Positions 1 to 6,889 of a stretch of DNA of 35,773 nt are shown one piece after another. The stretch comes from Chthoniobacteraceae bacterium (lineage in GTDB: Bacteria > Verrucomicrobiota > Verrucomicrobiia > Chthoniobacterales > Chthoniobacteraceae). The notes beneath the pieces were generated by a model. That model was given only the letters and a program-made list of their open reading frames with translations, was not told the DNA's origin and did not search any database. Where the stretch lies: assembly GCA_040081625.1 (NCBI GenBank), contig JBEBGD010000055.1, forward strand, positions 1-35,773. Reading direction: 5' to 3'. Each line of letters starts with the position of its first letter. Position 1 is the first letter of the stretch. A program made the position numbers and the translations under genes.

Positions 1-22
1 CGGAGATGTGTATAAGAGACAG
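1..22 (+). other. Nextera read-2 adapter remnant containing the Tn5 mosaic end (library artifact)
   Basis: 4-22 is AGATGTGTATAAGAGACAG, the exact 19-bp Tn5 mosaic end, preceded by CGG as in GTCTCGTGGGCTCGG-AGATGTGTATAAGAGACAG. It lies at the very start of the sequence. Confidence 0.97.
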
Positions 23-142
23 CGTTGACGCCCTCCGGCGGCGCGTGCATCCTGCGGACATGAGCATCATCGCGATCGTCGAGAACGACAGCATCAAGCT
101 GCCGCCTGGCGTGCACGTGCCGGATGGGACGAAGGCGGAGAT
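23..142 (+). repeat. Direct repeat copy 1 (promoter plus antitoxin 5' end)
   Basis: CGTTGACGCCCTCCGGCGGCGCGTGCATCCTGCGG is identical at 23 and 688. Similarity continues through ATGAGC..CGCGATCGTCGAGAACGAC..CATCAAGCTGCC..TGCACGTGCC.GATGGGACG..GGAGAT, with a 6-nt indel. Confidence 0.95.
25..53 (+). promoter_or_regulatory. Sigma70-like promoter, probably giving a leaderless transcript
   Basis: TTGACG (25-30), 17-nt spacer, CATCCT (48-53), then 6 nt to the ATG at 60. No SD sequence. Conserved in the second repeat copy. Confidence 0.6.
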
Positions 143-263
143 TGTGTTGCAAACCGAACCGGCAGCCGCGCCGGTGCCCGGATGGCTTCAGCGCGGGGCG
201 GGGACAGCGACGAGTGGCATGAGCACGGACGAGATCATGCGGATGACGCGGGGGGGAGACTGA
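60..263 (+). CDS. Small antitoxin-like protein (VapB-type, 67 aa)
   Basis: MSIIAIVENDSIKLPPGVHVPDGTKAEI has a swapped-hairpin/AF2212-like pattern and is paralogous to 725..958. The C-terminal MSTDEIMRMTRG resembles antitoxins that precede PIN toxins. The stop overlaps the next ATG (TGATG). Confidence 0.75.
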   Translation: MSIIAIVENDSIKLPPGVHVPDGTKAEIVLQTEPAAAPVPGWLQRGAGTATSGMSTDEIMRMTRGGD

Positions 264-319
264 TGGCGGGTGTCCTCGTCGATGCGACCTCGCTAAGCAA
301 TTCTGCACGCTTCCTGTGA
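263..319 (+). pseudogene. Truncated PIN/VapC toxin remnant (MAGVLVDATSLSNSARFL*)
   Basis: Coupled to the antitoxin stop. MAGVLVD matches PIN strand beta1 with the first catalytic Asp; similarity is then lost and the frame stops after 18 codons. Confidence 0.55.
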
Positions 320-693
320 ACAACGCGAGCGCAGGTCCCCGTAGCTCGACACCGCCGACAACGCGGCAGCGGCTCAATCGGGTCCGGCGAGTGGCTCTGG
401 TTTTGTTCATCTCGGGCTCACTCGCGTTTTTCATCGGCTGCCTCTACGACTACGCCCCATCTGTGCTCGCGCCACTTGGCGTGTTCACCGTGGGTTGTGC
501 GCTTTTGGTTCGCTCCATAGCGGGCCGGTGTTCTCACTGTGGCTATCGACTCAGCCGTATGTTCTCGTGTGGCGGCTTTCCTTGGGCCGTCTCTCGCCAT
601 ATTCGGTTTTGCCCTTTCTGCGCCGCGTCCATCGATGAGTCTCCCAGTGCGAACATGGCGAGGGAATCTTCCCGCCGTCCCGCCCCGCGTTGA
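316..693 (+). CDS. Hypothetical small membrane protein with two TM helices and a zinc-ribbon-like motif (CSHC...CPFC)
   Basis: Hydrophobic stretches VALVLFISGSLAFFIGCLY and VLAPLGVFTVGCALLV are followed by two CxxC pairs. The GTG start overlaps the previous stop (GTGA). Confidence 0.55.
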   Translation: MNNASAGPRSSTPPTTRQRLNRVRRVALVLFISGSLAFFIGCLYDYAPSVLAPLGVFTVGCALLVRSIAGRCSHCGYRLSRMFSCGGFPWAVSRHIRFCPFCAASIDESPSANMARESSRRPAPR

Positions 694-801
694 CGCCCTC
701 CGGCGGCGCGTGCATCCTGCGGGCATGAGCTTCACCGCGATCGTCGAGAACGACACCATCAAGCTGCCAATGCACGTGCCCGATGGGACGCGGGTGGAGA
801 T
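688..801 (+). repeat. Direct repeat copy 2 (promoter plus antitoxin 5' end)
   Basis: Matches 23..142. Confidence 0.95.
690..718 (+). promoter_or_regulatory. Sigma70-like promoter, probably giving a leaderless transcript
   Basis: TTGACG (690-695), 17 nt, CATCCT (713-718), then 6 nt to the ATG at 725. Confidence 0.6.
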
Positions 802-958
802 CACGCTGCCGGTGGAAAGCGATGTGGGGGCGAAACCGGCTGGCAATGCGCTCGAGTGGATGAAGGAATTCGCCGGGTGCATCGACGGGCTGCCGGAAGA
901 TTTTTCAGCCGAGCACGATCATCACATCCACGGCACGCCGAAACGCAGCGGGCGATGA
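725..958 (+). CDS. Antitoxin (VapB-like, 77 aa)
   Basis: Small protein directly upstream of a PIN toxin with an ATGA overlap. C-terminus is LPEDFSAEHDHHIHGTPKR; N-terminus is paralogous to 60..263. Confidence 0.8.
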   Translation: MSFTAIVENDTIKLPMHVPDGTRVEITLPVESDVGAKPAGNALEWMKEFAGCIDGLPEDFSAEHDHHIHGTPKRSGR

Positions 959-1359
959 GTCGCGTCTTTGCGGACACGCACTCTTACATCGCGCTCCTGA
1001 GCCGGCGGGATGCCGACCATGTGAGGGCTGAGGAGTTTCTCTCGCAGGGCAAATGCACGGAAGTGGTGACGACGGTGGGAGTGCTGCTGGAACTGGCCGA
1101 CGGGATGTCCGGCGTTCGAGAACGGGAGAGTTGCGCGCGTTTCGTCGCGGGGATCCGCGCGTCTGGGACGACGAAGCTGATTTCGTTGAGTGATGAAATC
1201 GTAGAGCGCGGGCTGGCGCTCTATCGCAGCCGAGTGGACAAGGAATGGTCGCTGACGGATTGCAATTCATTCGTGGTGATGGCGGATGAAGGGCTGACGG
1301 ATGCGCTGACAGGGGATCGGCATTTCGAGCAGGCGGGGTTCGTGGCGCTGCTCGCGTAG
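955..1359 (+). CDS. vapC: PIN-domain ribonuclease toxin, VapC family
   Basis: 134 aa. PIN acidic residues in VFADT, LLEL, SLTDC and LTGDRHFEQAGF. ATGA-coupled to the antitoxin. Confidence 0.9.
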   Translation: MSRVFADTHSYIALLSRRDADHVRAEEFLSQGKCTEVVTTVGVLLELADGMSGVRERESCARFVAGIRASGTTKLISLSDEIVERGLALYRSRVDKEWSLTDCNSFVVMADEGLTDALTGDRHFEQAGFVALLA

Positions 1360-1376
1360 CACTCAAGGATACGCAT

Positions 1377-2588
1377 ATGGATCAATTCTTCGCCGACCTT
1401 GGCCGCACAGTTTTCGCCCGATGGAAGGCGGAGAACTTCTCGTTGCCGGCCTTCCCGGAGATCGCCCGGCGCGCGCTGGAGGAGCGGCCGCCTTCGGAGC
1501 ATGTGGACCTCTCGGAACTCGTGCACGACTTCCTGCGCGACGATGCGCAGCCTTTCCAGACGCAGTCGGGCTTCGGGCAGCCGGAGATCGTGGTGTATGA
1601 CGACCCGCGCTTTTACATCCAGCTCCTGTTCTGGCTGGACGGGACGACGGACATTCATCAGCACGAATTCTCCGGCGCGTTTCATGTGCTCGCGGGGTCG
1701 AGCATTCATTCGTTGTTTGCATTCGAGAAGGCGCAGTCGGTCACGCCGCATCTGCGCGTGGGGCGGCTGCGGATGACGAAGACGGAGCTGCTGGAGACGG
1801 GGCGCACGCTGCCGATCGTGTCGGGGCGCGACTACATCCACTCGCTCTTTCATCTCGATACGCCGTCGGTGACGGTCGTGGTGCGGACTCAGACGGATGT
1901 GGGCACCGGGCCGCAATTCACCTACCTGCCGCCGCACATCGCCGTCGATCCCGTCCACGCCGACGCGCTCACGATGCGGCGCAAACAACTCATCGACGTG
2001 ATGGAGAAGACCGAGGACCCGGCGTATGCGGGGCTCGTCATCGAGATGCTCGCGGACCTGGATTTCGAGCGCGGGTTCTTCGTTCTGCAGAACGTCGCGA
2101 ACTGTCTCCAGAGTCTCGGCGATTGGGAGGACGCGTGGAAGGTGTTCCGCAAGAAGCACGGCAAGCTCGCCGACTACGTCGCGCCGACGCTGACGGAGAT
2201 CGCGCGGCGGGATGGGATCTCGGCGATGCGCAGTTCGATCACGGAGGTCGAGCACCGCTTCTTCCTCGCGTTGCTGCTGAACGTGCCGAACCGCGACGAC
2301 ATCCTCGGCATGGTCGCGCAGCGCTTTCCGGGGAAGCCAATCGAGACGATCCTGCGCTGGGCGGCGGAGCTGGCGGAGATATCCGATGAAGGCGCGTGGC
2401 TGCTCGACGCGCAGTTCCCGCCGGAGCTGGATGTCGATCTCGACGAGCAACCGGCGATGTTACTCTCGGCACTGCGCGTGAGTCTCGGTGGAGGAAAGGT
2501 CGCGGGACTTTCTGCGGCGCGGCTGAAGGCGCTCCGCGCGGCGCTTGTCCGGTCGAGTTGGAGCGCGTTGATTTCCCCGAAAGTATGA
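1377..2588 (+). CDS. Hypothetical protein with a cupin (cysteine-dioxygenase-like 3-His) domain and a helical C-terminus
   Basis: TDIHQHEFSGAFHVLAG (HxH, cupin motif 1) and YIHSLFH (motif 2). Host-like codon usage. Confidence 0.65.
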   Translation: MDQFFADLGRTVFARWKAENFSLPAFPEIARRALEERPPSEHVDLSELVHDFLRDDAQPFQTQSGFGQPEIVVYDDPRFYIQLLFWLDGTTDIHQHEFSGAFHVLAGSSIHSLFAFEKAQSVTPHLRVGRLRMTKTELLETGRTLPIVSGRDYIHSLFHLDTPSVTVVVRTQTDVGTGPQFTYLPPHIAVDPVHADALTMRRKQLIDVMEKTEDPAYAGLVIEMLADLDFERGFFVLQNVANCLQSLGDWEDAWKVFRKKHGKLADYVAPTLTEIARRDGISAMRSSITEVEHRFFLALLLNVPNRDDILGMVAQRFPGKPIETILRWAAELAEISDEGAWLLDAQFPPELDVDLDEQPAMLLSALRVSLGGGKVAGLSAARLKALRAALVRSSWSALISPKV

Positions 2589-4960
2589 AACGCCGATACA
2601 AAAACACCCGCCCGCTTTCGCGACGCGATTTCCTCAAGCGAGCCGGCGGCAGTATCGCCGCGGCGGCTGCTCTCAAAGTTCCGCTGCACGCGAAGCCGGT
2701 GACGGCGGCGACGATCCCGCCGCACACCGCGCTCGATGTGCCGGGCGTGCATGCTTACCCGATCGAGCACTCGGTCGCGGCGGGCGAGACGCTCGAGCTG
2801 TGTGTCAGCGCGAGCGTGCCGCATCGGCTGTCGATCTGCCGGCTCGGGCTGAAGGTCGATGATCCTGCGGGCGACACGGTCTTGCACCGCTACGCCGAGG
2901 AGTCGCCAAGGCCGCAGCCGATTCATCCCGGCTCGTATGTTCACATCGAGAAGCGGTTGGTCGGCACGATGCGCGCGATCTCGATCGAGTGCTGGGTGAA
3001 GCCGTGGGATCTCACGAAGCTGCAGGGACTCGTCAGCCAGGAGGACAAGGATGCATCGGACGGATTCGCGCTCGGCTTCGGCAAGGACGGCTACGTCGGC
3101 TTTTATCTCGGCGACGGTGTCTCGCCCGACGAGGCGCTCGTGCATCGCAGCAAGACGGGCGTGCTCGCAGCGAAGAAATGGCATCACGTCGTCGCCACGT
3201 GGGACGGGAAGACGAAGCGCGTCTTCGTCGATGCGAAGGAAGTCGGTGCGTGGGAATTCGCCGGGCCGCTGCTGCCCGGAGCGCACGCGTTGCGGCTCGG
3301 CGCGATGTCGCAGACGGGCATCGCGAAGCATTTCCTCGATGGCGATCTCGCGATGCCGGCGATTTACGACCGTGCGCTGAGTGTGGGGGAAATTTCTGTA
3401 GCCGCGTCCCTCCGGGACGCGCACGGCGCAGAGCGCCGTGGCTGCAAGGGGGTGCTGGCTTGCTGGCCGTTGAGCGAGGAGCGCGGTGATCGCGTTTCCG
3501 ATTCTTCCGGCAGTGGCCGCGAGGGGCGCATCATCAATCACGCGACGTGGATGGTGGGCGGGCCGGGATTCGATGCGGACGTGCCGCGCTTTGGCGCCTA
3601 CGATCCGAAGAAGGACGCGACGCGCGGACACGGACTGCGATTTGCATCGGACGATCTCTACGACTGCCGCTGGAAGGTCACGCATCGCTGGCCGGTGCCC
3701 GCCGATGCGCGCTCGGGGATCTACGTCGCGCGGATCGAGTTTACCTACGAGGGAAAGCCGCGGCTTTACCACTGCACGTTCATCGTTCGCCGCGCGCCGC
3801 GGCGGAAGAAGGCGCCGATCCTTTTTGTCTGCGCGACGAATACCTGGCGCGCTTACAGCGGCACGCCCTTCGCGATCACGCCGCCGAATCTCGCGCAGGT
3901 CTGGGGCACCGGCGGCATCGAGAAGGACGCGCGCGGTCTTCCTGCCTACTGCCTCTACCGCGGACATGCGGCGGGGCAGGGGACGTATCAGATGGGTCTG
4001 CGGATGCCGTGGCCTGCGGCGGGGCCTTACGTCCTCTACGGTGGCCAGACGCAATACAGCCACCTCGCGCGCGCCGACCGCTGGCCGCAGACGTGGCTCG
4101 AATCGCAAGGCTACGACTACGACGTGATCAGCGATGTGGACCTGCATCGCGATCCGTCGGTGCTGCGCGGCTACAAGACGTTCATGGTCGTCGGCCACAA
4201 TGAATACTGGTCGCGCGAAATGTATCGCGGCGTGGAGAGCTACCTGCGCGGTGGCGGAAATCTGCTCGTGCTCAGCGGCAACACGATGGGCTGGCGCGTG
4301 AGTTTCAATGACGACTGCACCGTGATGGAGTCCCGCAAAGTCGATTGCCCCGGCAATCAGATGCTGGCCACACGACGTGGCGAAGCGTGGCACAGTCACG
4401 ACGGCGAGCGCGGCGGTTCGCAACGCGAGAGCGGGATGCCGGGCTATCGCGTGATCGGTCTCGACATCATCGGCTGGAACAATCAGTCGAACCCGAAGAA
4501 CTACGGGCCTTACGTGGTCGAGGACGCGAGCCATTTTCTATTCACGACGCCGGAGAAAAGCGGGCTGAAGAACGGCGACAAGTTCGGCTGGGCCGATGGC
4601 GCGATGCCGATGGCGAATGGGCACGAGATGGACATCCGGCCTTCGACCTTCGCCGCTTTGCAGGAAGAGCCGACGCCCGACGGCGCGGTGATGCCGACCG
4701 ATCCTGCCGGCATCGTGCGCATCGCCAACGGCATCCTCCCGTGGGCCGAGGGCGGCTCGCCGATGGACTACTACTTTCGGAAGATCAAACCGAAGACCGA
4801 TCAAGGCGGCGAGATGATCTACTGGGTGCGGCCCGATGGCGGACGCGTCTTCAACGCCGGCGCGATCGGCTCCGGCTGGGTGCTGCACGCCGACGAGCGA
4901 TGGGCGACCGTCGTGCGCAATGTGCTCGCGCATTTCGGCGTCGAGCGGCGCGGTGCGTAG
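2585..4960 (+). CDS. Tat-signal N,N-dimethylformamidase beta-subunit-family protein with a LamG-like domain
   Basis: Twin-arginine motif SRRDFLK plus an Ala-rich h-region. LamG motifs SIECWVKP and WHHVVATWDG. DMFase-like motifs FASDDLYD, RSGIYVAR, TNTWRAY, VGHNEYWS, LSGNTMGW and GRVFNAGAI. ATGA overlap with the upstream gene. Confidence 0.85.
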   Translation: MKRRYKNTRPLSRRDFLKRAGGSIAAAAALKVPLHAKPVTAATIPPHTALDVPGVHAYPIEHSVAAGETLELCVSASVPHRLSICRLGLKVDDPAGDTVLHRYAEESPRPQPIHPGSYVHIEKRLVGTMRAISIECWVKPWDLTKLQGLVSQEDKDASDGFALGFGKDGYVGFYLGDGVSPDEALVHRSKTGVLAAKKWHHVVATWDGKTKRVFVDAKEVGAWEFAGPLLPGAHALRLGAMSQTGIAKHFLDGDLAMPAIYDRALSVGEISVAASLRDAHGAERRGCKGVLACWPLSEERGDRVSDSSGSGREGRIINHATWMVGGPGFDADVPRFGAYDPKKDATRGHGLRFASDDLYDCRWKVTHRWPVPADARSGIYVARIEFTYEGKPRLYHCTFIVRRAPRRKKAPILFVCATNTWRAYSGTPFAITPPNLAQVWGTGGIEKDARGLPAYCLYRGHAAGQGTYQMGLRMPWPAAGPYVLYGGQTQYSHLARADRWPQTWLESQGYDYDVISDVDLHRDPSVLRGYKTFMVVGHNEYWSREMYRGVESYLRGGGNLLVLSGNTMGWRVSFNDDCTVMESRKVDCPGNQMLATRRGEAWHSHDGERGGSQRESGMPGYRVIGLDIIGWNNQSNPKNYGPYVVEDASHFLFTTPEKSGLKNGDKFGWADGAMPMANGHEMDIRPSTFAALQEEPTPDGAVMPTDPAGIVRIANGILPWAEGGSPMDYYFRKIKPKTDQGGEMIYWVRPDGGRVFNAGAIGSGWVLHADERWATVVRNVLAHFGVERRGA
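3397..3446. repeat. REP-like double-hairpin element inside a CDS
   Basis: TGTAGC + CGCGTCCC-TCC-GGGACGCG + CACGGCGC-AGA-GCGCCGTG + GCTGCA: two perfect 8-bp stems with 3-nt loops. Same architecture as 34415..34487. Confidence 0.8.
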
Positions 4961-4963
4961 CGC

Positions 4964-6748
4964 CTAGTGGTGCGGCGACGGCGCGACCCAGCGCACCTGC
5001 AGTTCGCGCGCGCCCTGGACGGCTTTGAAAAGCAGGCGCGCGTCGGGGCCGGTGCCAAGCAGGCAGTGGATGGTGTGTGCGCCGCCGGTGACGGGTGGGA
5101 CCTTCACGGCGAAGCTGCCGAGTTGCATCGGATGCACGTCGCCTCCGCTCTGGCCTTGCTGGAGCGTCACGCACGTTTCGCCGTCGCCATTGAGGCGCAC
5201 GCGCCATGGGAATTGAGTCTCGGCAGGCAGCGGTTGACCGGCCTTCAGCAGCACCGCGCCGTCTTCGCGCTCGAGTGAGAGGACGATCGGGCGTGCGAGT
5301 GCGCCGGCTTTGTTGATGGCGAGCGCGACTTCGCCCTGAGCGAGGCGGTGCGTCCACATGTCGATGGTCGAGACGACGGCGTGCTGGAAATCGTCGGGCA
5401 CGTTCTCGGCGCTCGCTGTGGTGATGAGCGCGTTGATGGCTTCCTGCTCGCGACCGAGTTGCTTGAGCGCCTGTGCGTAATTCCAGTGCAGCCGGATGGT
5501 GGCCTTCTCGCTGTTCACCACGGGCTCGATGTCGCGCTTGAGGCGTTTGTCGTCCTTCGCATCGCCGATGGTGGCGCAATAGTGAAGGAGCACTTCCTCG
5601 CGCTCGGGAGCGAGCTTGAAGGCGTGCGCGGCGTAGTCGAGAGCGAGCTGCTTCTCGCCGCGGTCGCGCGCGCTGTTGCTCGCGAGGAGGAAGGCGAGGG
5701 GCGATGCCTTTTCCGCACCGAAGGCCGCGAGTCGCGGCTCCGCATCGGCGTTCGGTCCGTCGGCGAGGCCGAAGAATCGCACGAGCGCCGGCGCGGTGTT
5801 CGGGTCGAGCGTGAGCGTCGTATCGAGGGCAGCGCGCTCGCCGTCGGGATCGCCGGAGGCGGCGAGGATTTGCGCGAGATTGAGCCATGCCTGCGGCTCG
5901 GTGGCGAAGCGCTCCGCGAGGTCGTTCGCGACAGTCTTTGCACGCTCGTGATCGCCGACGATGCGGTAGCTGTTTGAAAGCGCGGCGAGTGTGCGCGGGT
6001 CGTCGGGTTGAAGCTGACGCGCGAGTTCCAGCGCCTGCACGCCGAGCTCGGGAATGAAATGATTGCGCAACTGGAACTCGGCGAACTCAAGCAGGCCTGC
6101 GTGATTGTTGCGCAGTTGCTCGAACTGCTGCGCGCACAGCTCCCGATACTTTGCGATGCCGATATACGAGACGCTTTTCGGATCCTTTGCGTCCCGCATC
6201 ACCTTCACGGCGGCCTTGAGAGTGGCGAGCACTTCGTAGGCTTCCACATCATTGGGATTGATGCGCACGGCGTTGTTGAGCGCGGCGATGGCGCGGTCGC
6301 GTTCGCCTTCCTGCGCGAGCAGGGTGCCGAGCTGGAGCCAGATCATGCCGATGCGCGGCGTCCTCTGCGCCGCGGTCTCGAAGTGCCGGATCGCATCTTC
6401 GTAGAGCCCGTCCTGACGCGCGACGATGCCGCGGTGGAATGCGACGAAAGCGGTGCCGGGCAGCACGGCTTCGACCTCGTCGAGCAGCGTTGCGGCCTCT
6501 GGAAATTCGCTGTCCTCGAGCACCTCGGCGAGCGCGTCGAAATTGTCGGTCGCGGCGAGGTAGCCTTTGAACGGCTCAGGCGCGTCGGCGCCCATCATCT
6601 CGATGGCGCGCGCGAGTTCCGCGTGGTCGAAGGGGTCTTCGCTCGCTTTCGTCGCGTCGATATCGGCGGGCCACGGAATGCGGCTCGGGAGCCCGAAAAA
6701 TTCGAGTTCCCATGAGGTGCTATCGATCCAGATGTAGGACGAGGACAT
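4964..6748 (-). CDS. Tetratricopeptide-repeat protein with a C-terminal Hsp70 SBD-beta-like domain
   Basis: Multiple TPR-like repeats (IWLQLGTLLAQEGERDRAIAALNNAVRINPND, AWLNLAQILAASGD). The C-terminal beta region resembles the DnaK substrate-binding domain. ATG at 6748 follows a promoter-like motif. Confidence 0.8.
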   Translation of the reverse strand: MSSSYIWIDSTSWELEFFGLPSRIPWPADIDATKASEDPFDHAELARAIEMMGADAPEPFKGYLAATDNFDALAEVLEDSEFPEAATLLDEVEAVLPGTAFVAFHRGIVARQDGLYEDAIRHFETAAQRTPRIGMIWLQLGTLLAQEGERDRAIAALNNAVRINPNDVEAYEVLATLKAAVKVMRDAKDPKSVSYIGIAKYRELCAQQFEQLRNNHAGLLEFAEFQLRNHFIPELGVQALELARQLQPDDPRTLAALSNSYRIVGDHERAKTVANDLAERFATEPQAWLNLAQILAASGDPDGERAALDTTLTLDPNTAPALVRFFGLADGPNADAEPRLAAFGAEKASPLAFLLASNSARDRGEKQLALDYAAHAFKLAPEREEVLLHYCATIGDAKDDKRLKRDIEPVVNSEKATIRLHWNYAQALKQLGREQEAINALITTASAENVPDDFQHAVVSTIDMWTHRLAQGEVALAINKAGALARPIVLSLEREDGAVLLKAGQPLPAETQFPWRVRLNGDGETCVTLQQGQSGGDVHPMQLGSFAVKVPPVTGGAHTIHCLLGTGPDARLLFKAVQGARELQVRWVAPSPHH

Positions 6749-6751
6749 GAT

Positions 6752-6790
6752 AAAGGGCGCGGAGTCTCCGCGCGGAGCGGGCGCTGTCAA
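6752..6790 (-). promoter_or_regulatory. Sigma70-like promoter of the TPR gene
   Basis: Minus strand reads TTGACA, 16 nt, GAGACT, CCGCGCCCTTT, ATC, ATG. Confidence 0.5.
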
Positions 6791-6889
6791 CCGGGGCCAA
6801 TCGCTTGTGCATTCTGCGGACGGGCGTAGCTAGGCATGGCTCGCGCTTTGCCAAGGCCCCCGGCCGCGCTGGCCGGGTGCAATTACCTC

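Noticed and set aside
4..22. Tn5/IS50 transposon end
   Set aside because: It is the synthetic mosaic end with Nextera flanking bases. There is no transposase or partner end in the window.
6..59. N-terminal extension MCIRDSVDAL... of ORF 6..263
   Set aside because: It is a translation of adapter plus promoter. The paralog supports a start at 60.
263..725. Integron cassette array
   Set aside because: No convincing attC (RYYYAAC...GTTRRRY palindrome) and no integrase were seen. The repeats are promoter/CDS duplications.
2174..4534. 786-aa minus-strand ORF
   Set aside because: Antisense shadow of well-supported plus-strand genes in GC-rich DNA, with no recognisable motifs.
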